In this document: positions 1 to 11,122 of the stretch, one piece after another
Layout of the letters: each line of letters starts with the position of its first letter
Numbering within the stretch: the stretch's first letter is position 1
Source of the DNA: Gemmatimonadota bacterium
GTDB taxonomy: Bacteria > Gemmatimonadota > Gemmatimonadetes > Gemmatimonadales > GWC2-71-9
Length of the DNA: 49,628 nt
Direction of reading: 5' to 3'
Assembly (NCBI GenBank): GCA_003222205.1
Contig: QHVC01000046.1
Span: 1-49,628 of the forward strand
Notes under the pieces: generated by a model
Databases searched by the model: none
The model's input: only the letters and a program-made list of their open reading frames with translations
Told to the model about the DNA's origin: nothing
Program-made: the position numbers and the translations under genes

Positions 1-53
1 TCGACGCCGCTGCGCCGGCTCAGCGCCTCGACCACGTCACGGATGGTCGCCAT
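1..53 (-). CDS. 5' end of a gene running off the window, possibly roadblock/LC7 (MglB-like) protein
   Basis: ATG at 53 on the minus strand gives MATIRDVVEALSRRSGV..., preceded by a sigma70-like promoter. The family is guessed from the N-terminus only. Confidence 0.45.
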   Translation of the reverse strand, partial: MATIRDVVEALSRRSGV

Positions 54-62
54 AGTGGCGCC

Positions 63-91
63 AACGTAGAGTCGGGGTGGGTGGAAGTCAA
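63..91 (-). promoter_or_regulatory. sigma70-like promoter TTGACT-N17-TACGTT
   Basis: Minus-strand -35 at 91-86 and -10 at 68-63, 9 nt before the ATG at 53. Confidence 0.55.
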
Positions 92-105
92 GCATTGACC
101 GTGGG

Positions 106-135
106 TTGACCCACTTGGACGCCGCCCAGTATCTT
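106..135 (+). promoter_or_regulatory. sigma70-like promoter TTGACC-N18-TATCTT
   Basis: Divergent partner of the 63-91 promoter, 11 nt before the ATG at 147. Confidence 0.5.
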
Positions 136-146
136 CCCCCGCACGC

Positions 147-710
147 ATGCGCGCCCCCCGTTTGCTCGTCGTGTTCGTCGTCGCCGCCCTCGCCGCGATC
201 GCCGCTTGCGGCGACAACTCGCTGGGGCTGCCCGCGGCCCGATACAACAACGTGGTGGACTCGGTTTCGTTGTGGGCGTTGGACGGCACACCACTCACCA
301 CGCCGTCGGCGTACAGCATCTCCGGGCGCGTGGCGGTGCGCACCGACCAGACGACCGGGTTCGACTTCGCGTTCAACATCACGCCCTCCGGTGAGGCCGT
401 GCTGTTGCCCACCGGCGCGCTGGGGTTGGGAAAAGCATCGGGGATCCTGCTCCCGGCCAAACCCTTCGATTCGATCACCGTCGCCCCGACGACGGGCTAC
501 CAGGACAGCACGGCTGTCGCGGTGGACAGCGGCGCGACCGCGGTGCTACGCTCGCGGCCCATTTCTTCGTGTGTGGTCGGCACGGTCTACTTGTACGCCA
601 AGTTGCAGGTGCTGCGCGTCGATACGGTCGCGCGCCGGATTGACTACAACATTCTCGTCGACCAGAACTGCGGGTACCGCGGGCTCGAGCCCGGCATTCC
701 CAAGCGGTAG
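147..710 (+). CDS. hypothetical lipoprotein
   Basis: 187 aa, signal peptide with lipobox IAAC, beta-rich mature part, GC3-biased codons, ends 4 nt before serS. Confidence 0.85.
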   Translation: MRAPRLLVVFVVAALAAIAACGDNSLGLPAARYNNVVDSVSLWALDGTPLTTPSAYSISGRVAVRTDQTTGFDFAFNITPSGEAVLLPTGALGLGKASGILLPAKPFDSITVAPTTGYQDSTAVAVDSGATAVLRSRPISSCVVGTVYLYAKLQVLRVDTVARRIDYNILVDQNCGYRGLEPGIPKR

Positions 711-714
711 TCCG

Positions 715-2001
715 GTGATCGACCTGAAGCAGCTGCGCTCGGCGCCTGACCAGGTGCGGGCCGCGCTCGCGCGCCGCAGCGACCCGGGCATCCTCGACCT
801 CCTGGCGGAGTTACAGGAGCTCGACGGACGCCGTCGCGTGCTCGCGACGCAGCTCGACGGCCTCAAGGCCCAACGCAACGAGTACGCCAAGGCCGACGCC
901 CAGCTCGTCAAGCAACACGGTAAACTCCCCGCCGAGATCGCCGAGCAGCGCCGCCGCCACGGTCTGCAGATCGCAACCCTCGAGGCCGAGCTCCGCAATA
1001 TCGAGACCGTGCTCGAAGCGAAGGCGCTGTTCGTGCCCAACCTCCCGCTCGCGGACGTTCCCACGGGTGACGCGTCCGCCGCGCCGGTCGTCCGCACGTG
1101 GGGAACGCCCGCGCCGGCGGGAGGCACGCCGCACTGGGAGATCGCCGAGCGGCTGGGGATTCTCGACTTGAAGCGCGGCGCGAAGCTCTCCGGCTCCGGG
1201 TTCCCCGTGTTCGTCGGCGCCGGCGCGCGGCTGGTCCGCGGGCTCCTCGGCTTCATGCTCGACCTCCACACTCGGGAGCACGGATACGTCGAGTGCGCGC
1301 CGCCGTTCCTGGTGCGCCGCGAGATCATGCAAGGGACAGGGCAGCTCCCCAAGTTCGAGGAAGACGCCTACCGCACGGAGCCGGACGACCTGTTTCTCGT
1401 CCCGACGGCCGAAGTGCCGCTGACCAACCTGCTGCGCGATGAGATGCTCGACGGCGCGAGCCTGCCGCGCGCTTTCGTCGCGTATACGCCCTGCTTCCGG
1501 CGGGAGGCCGGCGCCGCGGGCAAGGACACGCGGGGTCTGCTGCGCGTGCACCAGTTCGACAAAGTCGAGCTGGTACGATTCTGTCGCCCGCAGGAGTCGG
1601 GAGCCGAGCACGAGAAGCTCGTGGGGCACGCCGAAGAGGTCCTGCGCCGCCTGGAGCTCCCGTACCGCGTCGTGTTGATCCCCGCGGGCGAGCTCGGATT
1701 CGCCAACGCCAAGCAGTACGACCTCGAAGTCTGGGCGCCGGCGGTCGGCGCTTGGCTCGAGGTCTCCAGCGCCAGCGTGTACACCGACTATCAGGCGCGC
1801 CGCGCCAACATCCGCTTCCGGCCAGCGCCGGGGGCGAAACCGGAGTTCGTGCATACGCTGAACGCGTCGGGGGTCGCGCTGCCGCGCACCATCGCGGCGT
1901 TGCTCGAGACGCGGCAGCAGCCGGACGGCTCGGTCAGTGTGCCGCCCGCCCTCGTCCCGTATCTGGGCACGGACCGCCTCACGCCCGCCGGTGCCAGTTA
2001 A
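715..2001 (+). CDS. serS: serine--tRNA ligase
   Basis: GTG start (MIDLKQLR), N-terminal coiled coil, motifs GTGQLPKF, LVPTAEVP, FRREAGAAGKDTRGLLRVHQFDKVE and HTLNASG. Confidence 0.97.
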   Translation: MIDLKQLRSAPDQVRAALARRSDPGILDLLAELQELDGRRRVLATQLDGLKAQRNEYAKADAQLVKQHGKLPAEIAEQRRRHGLQIATLEAELRNIETVLEAKALFVPNLPLADVPTGDASAAPVVRTWGTPAPAGGTPHWEIAERLGILDLKRGAKLSGSGFPVFVGAGARLVRGLLGFMLDLHTREHGYVECAPPFLVRREIMQGTGQLPKFEEDAYRTEPDDLFLVPTAEVPLTNLLRDEMLDGASLPRAFVAYTPCFRREAGAAGKDTRGLLRVHQFDKVELVRFCRPQESGAEHEKLVGHAEEVLRRLELPYRVVLIPAGELGFANAKQYDLEVWAPAVGAWLEVSSASVYTDYQARRANIRFRPAPGAKPEFVHTLNASGVALPRTIAALLETRQQPDGSVSVPPALVPYLGTDRLTPAGAS

Positions 2002-3156
2002 GGAGGCGCTCCGCCGCGCGGGCCCGAGCGCCCTGATCGGGCTCGCACTGGTGTTCGGCGCGCTGTCCGTGGGCTATGCGTGGGGGGTGGCGCGGCACCT
2101 CAGGCAGGACGCGCGGGATATGAGCCGCCTCTTCGGTTACGTCTTCGGGGGTCTCTCCGACCCCCGCCCGGACGCCGGGACGGACGCGCTGCTGGAGCTT
2201 GCCGCGCAGATTCGCGCGTTGGGCATTCCCATCGTCGTCACCGACGCCGCCGGTCGCGTCGCCGCCCTCGACAACGTCCCCCCCGCCGTCGCGACCGATA
2301 CGGCCGTGGTGCGCCGCTTCGTGGCGCGACTCGATGCGGTCAATGAGCCGATCGTCCAGCCGGGCGTCGGCACCATTCACTACGGGTCGGTCCCCATCGC
2401 GCGGCGGCTCGGCCGCCTCGCCGCGCTCCAGGGCGGCGTCTTGCTGTGCCTCGTCGCGCTGGTCGTGTGGGCGGTCCGCTCCCGTGTGGCCGCGGCCCGC
2501 GACCGGCTGTGGGTGGCGATGGCGCGTGAGTCCGCGCACCAGCTCGGCACGCCGCTGATGAGCCTCACCGGCTGGATCGCCTATCTGCGAGAGAACCCTG
2601 GCGTGCCGATCGGTGAGCTCGCCGACCACCTGGGGGCCGACGTCGAGCGGCTGGAGCGCGTGGCCAAGCGCTTCGAGCGCATCGGCCGCCCCCCGCGGCC
2701 CGAGCCGGTGGCGTTGGGGGCCGTGGCCGAGCGGGTCGTGCGCTATTTCCAGCAACGGCTGCCCACGCTCGCGAACCCGGTCACCTTGACGCTCCAGGCC
2801 GCGGGGCCGGGTCCTACCGTCGCGGGCGACCCGGTGTTGGTAGAATGGGCGCTGGAGGCGCTGGTCAAGAATGCGGTCGATGCCTTGAGCGGGCGGGGGG
2901 GCCGAGTGGAGGTCCGCGTGGAAGCGGGGAGCGATCGCGCCGCGGCTCGCGTCTCCGTGCGCGACGACGGGCCGGGGATCGCGGCGGCGGTGCGGGCCCA
3001 GCTGTTCGAGCCGGGCGTCAGCACCAAGCCGGGGGGGTGGGGGATGGGGCTCGCGCTGGCGCGGCGCATCGTCGAGCAGCAGCACGGCGGCCGGCTCCTC
3101 TACCACGGCGCGGGGCCGGGGACGACCTTCGTGATGGAGTTTCCGGCGACCTCGGC

Positions 3157-3160
<4 letters not shown>
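1991..3160 (+). CDS. membrane sensor histidine kinase (orphan)
   Basis: Two TM segments, H-box ARESAHQLGTPL, N-box KNAVDA, DDGPGI, and G2 box GWGMGLAL. The start (GTG 1991) is inferred. Confidence 0.9.
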
Positions 3161-5369
<2,209 letters not shown>

Positions 5370-5373
<4 letters not shown>

Positions 5374-5678
5374 GTATCAGCCGGGAAGAAGTGCTGCACA
5401 TCGCGCGCCTCGCGGAGCTCGACGTCGTCGAGGAGGCGCTCCCCACCCTCGTCGAGCAGATGTCGCGGATCCTGGACTACGTCGCCCAGCTCAACCGGCT
5501 GCCGACCGGCGAGACGGCCCGGCCGTACGTCGCCGGCCCCGACGCCATCGCGCTGCGCGCCGACGAAGTGAAGCCCTGGCCGCTCGCGTTCGGGCCGAAA
5601 CAGCTGGCCCCCGCCTTCCGTGACGGCTTCTTCGTGGTCCCGCGCCTCGAGGCGTTCGACGACGGAGGGGCGGCGTGA
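5370..5678 (+). CDS. gatC: Asp-tRNA(Asn)/Glu-tRNA(Gln) amidotransferase subunit C
   Basis: MSISREEVLHIARLAEL...LRADEV...GFFVVPR, directly upstream of gatA. Confidence 0.93.
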
Positions 5679-7063
5679 CCGAGGCGACTGACGCCGTCCA
5701 AAGCGCGCGCGCCGCCGCCGACCGCATCGCCAAAGCCAAGCGCCTCAACGCGCTGCTCACGCCGATCAAAGAGCTGCGCAAGTCGCTCGTCCAGCAGGCG
5801 CAGACCGTGCACCCCGGAGGCGTCCTCTACGGCATGCCGGTCGCGATCAAGGACAACATCTGCACGCTCGAATTCGAGACGAGCTGCGGGTCCAAGATCC
5901 TCGAGGGCTACCGGTCCCCGTTCGACGCGACCGCCGTCGCGAAGCTGAAGGCGGCGGGGGCGCTCGTCGCCGGCAAGACCAACTGCGACGAGTTCGGCAT
6001 GGGATCCTCCACCGAGCACTCGGCGTACGGCCGCACCATCCACCCGACCGAGAAGACCCGCGTCCCCGGCGGGTCCTCCGGAGGCTCGGCCGCTCTCGTG
6101 GCGGCCGGGGCCGTGCCGGCCGCCCTCGGCTCCGAGACGGGTGGGTCGGTGCGCCAGCCCGCCTCGTTCTGCGGGATCGTCGGGATCAAGCCGACGTACG
6201 GACGCGTGAGCCGCTACGGCCTCGTCGCCTTCGGCAGCTCGCTCGACCAGATCGGCGTCTTCGGCCGCAGCGTGCACGACGCGGCCCGCGTCCTGTCGGT
6301 CATCAGCGGCCGGGATCCCAAGGACGCGACGTGCGAGGGGCGCGACCCGCTGCGCCTCCCCACCGTGCCGGAGAACCTCGACGGTTTCGTGATCGGGATT
6401 CCCAAGGAGTACTTCCCGCCGGACCTGGATCCGGGGGTGCGCCGGGCGTGCGAGCGGGCGATCCGCGTTCTCAAGGAGCTGGGCGCCGCGGTCCGCGAGG
6501 TATCGCTGCCGCACACGCCGTATGCCGTCCCGACCTATTACATCGTCGCCCCCGCGGAAGCGTCGTCGAACCTGGCCCGCTACGACGGGGTGCGCTACGG
6601 CCCGCGCTTCGACGGCGCGCCCGACGTCGCCGCCCTGTACCGATCGACGCGGGGGCAGGGATTCGGGGCCGAAGTGCGGCGGCGCATCCTCATCGGGACC
6701 TACGTGCTCTCCTCGGGCTACTACGACGCTTACTACCGTAAGGCGCAGCAGGTGCGAGCGCTGCTCGCCCAGGACTTTCGGAACGTCTTCGACCGTGGCG
6801 TGGACCTGGTCTTCACGCCGACCACGCCGACCACCGCCTTCAAGGCGGGCGAGAAGCTCGCCGACCCGGTGCAGATGTACCTGTCCGACATTTTCGTGTG
6901 CACGGCGAACCTCGTCGGCCTGCCGGCGATGTCGGTGCCGATCGGGCGGGTGAAAGGCCTGCCGGTGGGGGGCCAGTTCATCGGGCAGACGTTCCTCGAG
7001 GACGAAATGCTCGAAGCGGCCTATGCGTTGGAGCGGGCGGTGCCGGCGGTGGAGGAGGCCTGA
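5675..7063 (+). CDS. gatA: amidotransferase subunit A
   Basis: Amidase signature PGGSSGGSA, GSETGGSVRQPA, SSNLARYDG and EVRRRILIGT. Confidence 0.97.
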   Translation: MTEATDAVQSARAAADRIAKAKRLNALLTPIKELRKSLVQQAQTVHPGGVLYGMPVAIKDNICTLEFETSCGSKILEGYRSPFDATAVAKLKAAGALVAGKTNCDEFGMGSSTEHSAYGRTIHPTEKTRVPGGSSGGSAALVAAGAVPAALGSETGGSVRQPASFCGIVGIKPTYGRVSRYGLVAFGSSLDQIGVFGRSVHDAARVLSVISGRDPKDATCEGRDPLRLPTVPENLDGFVIGIPKEYFPPDLDPGVRRACERAIRVLKELGAAVREVSLPHTPYAVPTYYIVAPAEASSNLARYDGVRYGPRFDGAPDVAALYRSTRGQGFGAEVRRRILIGTYVLSSGYYDAYYRKAQQVRALLAQDFRNVFDRGVDLVFTPTTPTTAFKAGEKLADPVQMYLSDIFVCTANLVGLPAMSVPIGRVKGLPVGGQFIGQTFLEDEMLEAAYALERAVPAVEEA

Positions 7064-8499
7064 TGGCCCCGACGCCGGCGTGGGAGACGGTGATCGGACT
7101 CGAGACCCACGTCCAGCTGCGCACGGTCTCGAAGATGTTCTGCGGGTGCTCGACCGCGTTCGGCGCGCCGCCCAACACGCAGGTCTGCCCGGTGTGTCTG
7201 GGGCTTCCGGGAGCACTCCCGGTGCCGAACGAAGCGGCCGTCCGGCTCGCGGTGCGCGCGGCGCTGGCGCTGGGGTGCGAGGTGCACGAGCGCAGCGTGT
7301 TCGCCCGCAAGAACTATTTCTATCCCGATCTCCCCAAGGGTTACCAGATCAGCCAGTTCGAGCAGCCGCTCGCCACCGCAGGGTCGCTCTCGTTCCTCTC
7401 CCCCGATCGCGGCGTGGTCACGGTGACCATCGGCCGGCTGCATGTCGAGGAGGACGCGGGGAAATCGCTGCACGACCGGTTCCCCAAGGCTACGGCCGTC
7501 GACTTGAACCGCTCCGGCGTCCCGCTGGTCGAGATCGTGACGGGCGCCGATGTGCGCTCGCCCGTCGAAGCGCGAGCGTACCTGCTCACCCTCAAGCAGG
7601 TGCTCGAGTACGCCGGCGTCTCCGACTGCGACATGGAGAAGGGCAGCCTCCGTGTCGACGCGAACCTGTCGGTGCGGCGCCCGGGCGAGACAGCGCTCGG
7701 CGTCAAGACCGAGGTGAAGAACATCAACTCCTTCGCGTTCGTGGAGAAGGCGCTCAGCGTGGAGCGCGATCGGCACATCGCCGTACTTGAGGGCGGCGGC
7801 GCCGTGGTGCAGCAGACGATGCTGTTCGACAGCAAGACCAACACCGTGCGCCCGCAACGAACGAAGGAAGAGAGCCACGACTACCGGTACTTCCCGGACC
7901 CCGATTTGCCGCCGCTGGTGGTGCGCCCCGACTTCATTGCCGAGCAACGCGCGACGCTGCCCGAGCTGCCCGCCGCGAAACGGGAGCGCTTCGTCGCGCA
8001 GTACGCGCTGAGCCAGCAGGACGCCGCCGTCCTCACGGCTGCGCGCGGCGTCGCCGATTACTACGAGAGCGTGGTTCACGCCGGGGCGGAACCCAAGCTC
8101 GCCGCCAACTGGGTGATGACCGAGGTGCTGGCGGACGCCAAGGACCATCAGGACCAGCTGCGCGTGCCGGCCGGACGGCTCGCCGAGCTGATCGCCATGG
8201 TGAAGGGCGGCACGGTGAACAACCAGGCGGCCAAAAAGGTGTTCGTCGAGCTGGCGACGCGCGGCGGGGAGCCGCGCACGGTAGCCGAGGCGCTCGGCCT
8301 GATCCAGGTGGGCGACACGGGCGTGATCGGCCAGTGGGTCGCGGAGGTGCTCGAGGCGCACCCCGCCGAGGTCACCCGCTACAAGAACGGCGAGGCGAAG
8401 CTCCTGAACTTCTTCCTGGGGCAGGTGATGAAGACGTCACGCGGCAAAGCCGATCCCAAGCTGGCTCAGCGCGCCTTGGAGGACCGACTAACTGCCTGA
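7063..8499 (+). CDS. gatB: amidotransferase subunit B
   Basis: VIGLETHVQL, RKNYFYPDLPKGYQISQ, EEDAGK, DYRYFPDPDL and a C-terminal Yqey-like domain. Confidence 0.97.
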   Translation: MAPTPAWETVIGLETHVQLRTVSKMFCGCSTAFGAPPNTQVCPVCLGLPGALPVPNEAAVRLAVRAALALGCEVHERSVFARKNYFYPDLPKGYQISQFEQPLATAGSLSFLSPDRGVVTVTIGRLHVEEDAGKSLHDRFPKATAVDLNRSGVPLVEIVTGADVRSPVEARAYLLTLKQVLEYAGVSDCDMEKGSLRVDANLSVRRPGETALGVKTEVKNINSFAFVEKALSVERDRHIAVLEGGGAVVQQTMLFDSKTNTVRPQRTKEESHDYRYFPDPDLPPLVVRPDFIAEQRATLPELPAAKRERFVAQYALSQQDAAVLTAARGVADYYESVVHAGAEPKLAANWVMTEVLADAKDHQDQLRVPAGRLAELIAMVKGGTVNNQAAKKVFVELATRGGEPRTVAEALGLIQVGDTGVIGQWVAEVLEAHPAEVTRYKNGEAKLLNFFLGQVMKTSRGKADPKLAQRALEDRLTA

Positions 8500-8505
8500 C
8501 CGCCA
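8482..8505. repeat. three degenerate octamers at the convergent gatB/phospholipase junction
   Basis: GACCGACT AACTGCCT GACCGCCA; related to the octamer at 30123-30217. Confidence 0.45.
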
Positions 8506-9420
8506 CGGGCGCTGCGCCTGCGACGCCCGCCAATAGCTGAGCGCGGGGCTCGGCAGCCCGAAGTGCTCCTCGGCGGCTTGGGCGACCCGCTGCGGGTCGC
8601 GGCGCCCGCCCTCGTGCAGCGCTTCCCGCCGCATCCGCTTGGCCAGCCCCAGCGCCTGGGCACCGGCGGGATCGAGGCGCCGCGCCGCCGCGTCACCCGC
8701 GCCACCGCCGACGCCCAGGGATTCCATCACGTACTCGAAGGCCACGGCCATGTGCCGCTCGACGTCCGCGTCGGGCAGGTCCCAGCGGCTGTTTTCGGCG
8801 ATCAGCTGGAACGCCCATTGCCAGCTTTGGCTCTCGGTCAGGTGCACCATGCCGCGGAACAGCCGCCGGCTGGTGCGCACGCTGAACAGGGTGGGGCTGA
8901 GGATCTCGTCGAGGTGGGCGTCGCTGCGCCCGTGATCCTGGAGGATCAGGTCGCGGGCCTCGCGCGCGTACGCGTCGCCGAGGTGGGTCTCGAAGCGGCT
9001 CTCCCAATACGAGTGCCCCAGGGCCGCGGTCGTCGACGTGAGGACCAGCTGCCGCGGCACGAAGAAATTGTGGGCCACGGTGTCGGCGGCGAGGTGCGAG
9101 AGGTAGCCGAGGCCGAAGGCGCGCAGCGCGTCGGTGTGGGCGAGGTCGAAGATTTCCTGGCCCACGTGCCACGCGTGGCAGTGCCGGCCCACCGGCGCGT
9201 ACTTCTTCGCGATCGAGGTGTCCGCGGCGATGTTGCCGTAGAGGAAGTCGAACGGAAAGGCGCGCAGGTAGTCGGTGATCTGCGCCGGCAGCTGGTGCAG
9301 GTTCGCCAGCACCGACTCGCCGAGATAGATGTGCGTGCCGGGCGTCCACGCGTGGGCAACGCCGGGGAAGAGGGCGAGGGCGAGGACGGCGATGGCCGTC
9401 GCGGTGAGCCAGTGCTTCAC
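8488..9420 (-). CDS. zinc-dependent phospholipase C / P1-nuclease superfamily protein
   Basis: Signal peptide ending AHA followed by mature W-T-P-G-T-H, plus GNIAAD, HCHAW, GYLSHLAADTVAHN and HSYWE metal-ligand motifs. Confidence 0.8.
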   Translation of the reverse strand: MKHWLTATAIAVLALALFPGVAHAWTPGTHIYLGESVLANLHQLPAQITDYLRAFPFDFLYGNIAADTSIAKKYAPVGRHCHAWHVGQEIFDLAHTDALRAFGLGYLSHLAADTVAHNFFVPRQLVLTSTTAALGHSYWESRFETHLGDAYAREARDLILQDHGRSDAHLDEILSPTLFSVRTSRRLFRGMVHLTESQSWQWAFQLIAENSRWDLPDADVERHMAVAFEYVMESLGVGGGAGDAAARRLDPAGAQALGLAKRMRREALHEGGRRDPQRVAQAAEEHFGLPSPALSYWRASQAQRPWRSGS

Positions 9421-9845
9421 TTCGCCTTCCGTCCCCGCCCGCGGACGCGCTTGAGCGCCTTGCGCCCCCAGCGCCAGATGGTGAGGCCGCGGCGCACGTT
9501 GCGCACGGTCGCGACCACGTCCAACGCCGTGTCCTCGGCCTCCTCCCGGAGCACGTCGAACATGGCCCCGACCTCGACCAGCCGGGCTTCGGCCGCGTCC
9601 GCGGCGTGCAGCACGCGCTGGCGCAATTCGCGCGAGGTGCCCGCCAGGGCCTCGGCTTCGTGACGGATCGTCGCGACCAGCTGGCGCGCGTCGTCCACCG
9701 CGGGCCCGGCGAGCTGGCGCAGCGCCTGCAGGAACGCGCGCATACCGAGCGCCGCCCCCAGCGACGACACGGCGACCACGATGGCGGCGAGCGCGATGAT
9801 CGCCAGGCTGATCGCCGTGACCACCGCCGCCCACGTTGGAACCAT
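9417..9845 (-). CDS. hypothetical membrane-anchored helical protein (DUF948-like)
   Basis: N-terminal TM followed by amphipathic helices; overlaps both neighbouring genes by 1-4 nt. Confidence 0.7.
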   Translation of the reverse strand: MVPTWAAVVTAISLAIIALAAIVVAVSSLGAALGMRAFLQALRQLAGPAVDDARQLVATIRHEAEALAGTSRELRQRVLHAADAAEARLVEVGAMFDVLREEAEDTALDVVATVRNVRRGLTIWRWGRKALKRVRGRGRKAK

Positions 9846-11062
9846 CAGCTAAGCTCCGCCGCCGGCCGCGGGGCTGTCAACGCCGGCGCGCGCAGCGTCC
9901 TGGCCAGGAGCGGGGGTGCCGCCAGCTGGGCGAACAGCACCCCCACGACCACGGTGGTGAGCAACGCTCCGGATCCGGGATCGATGAGGAAGAAACTGGC
10001 GGCGATCGCCAGCGCGAGGCCGCCCTGGGGCGCGGTCGCGATCCCAACCCCCGCCGGCAGCCGCAGTGCCCCGAGCGCCGATCGCCCGTAGCGCACGACA
10101 ACCCACCGCACGCCCACCCGGAGCGCCGCGAGCGCGAGCGCCGCCGGGAGGATCCACACGGTGGGCAGGGTGAGCAGCGTCCCGATGATAATGAAGAGCG
10201 CGGCGGTGGCGGCGGACTCCCAGGCCTCGAGGTGGGCCCGAACAGCGCGCCGGCGCGGAGCGAGGTTCACGATCACGGACGCCGCGATCGCACACGCCAA
10301 CACCGGGCTCGACCCTGCGGCGTAGGCCGCCCCGGCGCCAAAGAAGACCGTGCCCAGCAACGCGAACCCCACATCCCCCGCTGCCGGGCGCAGGCGGGTG
10401 AGGCTCAGAAACACGATGCCCGCGAGCACCCCGCTCCCCAGGGTCAGCGCGAGCCAGGCGGCAGGGCCGACTGCCGGGCGACCTTGGGCGCCGGGATGGT
10501 GGAGCGCCAAGGCCAGGGTGAACGCGAGGACGCCCAGCGTCGTGTCGAGCGCGGCGGCCAGCGAGAGGGCACGGGATGTATGACGGGCGACACCGGCCGC
10601 CCGCGCGGCCAGCGCGACGGCTGTGGGCCCGGACACCATGGCGACGGCGCCCAGCGTGAGCACGGCCGGGAGCGTCGGGACCCAGGCGGCGCGGAGCGCG
10701 GGAACGGCGCGCGACAACAGCCAGGCGCCGGTGCCGACGGCGAGGAGTCCGGCGACGGCCTGCGCGCCGCAGAGCAGCCACGTCGCGCGCGGGATGCGCG
10801 TGATGAGCCGCCATTCGAAGCGCGCGCCGAGCGTGGCACCGAGCCAGCCGACCGCGAGCGCGGTCAGAGGCGCGAGCGCACGGAGGGCGGGCCGGTCCAG
10901 CATCCCGATCCCCGGACCCAGCACGAGTCCGAGGAGGACGAGCGGTACCCCCGTCGCCAGAACCGCGTCGACGCCGTGCGGCGGCGCCCGCCGCAGCCAG
11001 GACAAGCGCGTGGCGGCGAGTCCGGCGATCGCGAGCAGCGCCAGCGCGGCAACGGGATTCAC
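9845..11062 (-). CDS. multi-pass membrane protein, cation:proton antiporter-like
   Basis: About 11-12 hydrophobic segments, LGLVLGPG near the N-terminus and late PQGGLALAIA motif. GTG start at 11062 inferred. Confidence 0.7.
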   Translation of the reverse strand: MNPVAALALLAIAGLAATRLSWLRRAPPHGVDAVLATGVPLVLLGLVLGPGIGMLDRPALRALAPLTALAVGWLGATLGARFEWRLITRIPRATWLLCGAQAVAGLLAVGTGAWLLSRAVPALRAAWVPTLPAVLTLGAVAMVSGPTAVALAARAAGVARHTSRALSLAAALDTTLGVLAFTLALALHHPGAQGRPAVGPAAWLALTLGSGVLAGIVFLSLTRLRPAAGDVGFALLGTVFFGAGAAYAAGSSPVLACAIAASVIVNLAPRRRAVRAHLEAWESAATAALFIIIGTLLTLPTVWILPAALALAALRVGVRWVVVRYGRSALGALRLPAGVGIATAPQGGLALAIAASFFLIDPGSGALLTTVVVGVLFAQLAAPPLLARTLRAPALTAPRPAAELS

Positions 11063-11082
11063 GCGCGAACGTTCGCGAGTGC

Positions 11083-11112
11083 TTGACGCCGGCGCAAGCC
11101 GCGCCGTAGCTT
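11083..11112 (+). promoter_or_regulatory. murA promoter TTGACG-N18-TAGCTT
   Basis: Lies 10 nt before the murA ATG and is preceded by the perfect palindrome CGCGAACGTTCGCG (11064-11077). Confidence 0.5.
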
Positions 11113-11122
11113 CACGGATCCC

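Noticed and set aside
106-714. Apparent 200-aa N-terminal extension of SerRS, and similar extensions on pcrA, gatC, gatB, secF, ridA, murI and susD ORFs
   Set aside because: They overlap real upstream genes in another frame. Family homology starts at the downstream start codons used above.
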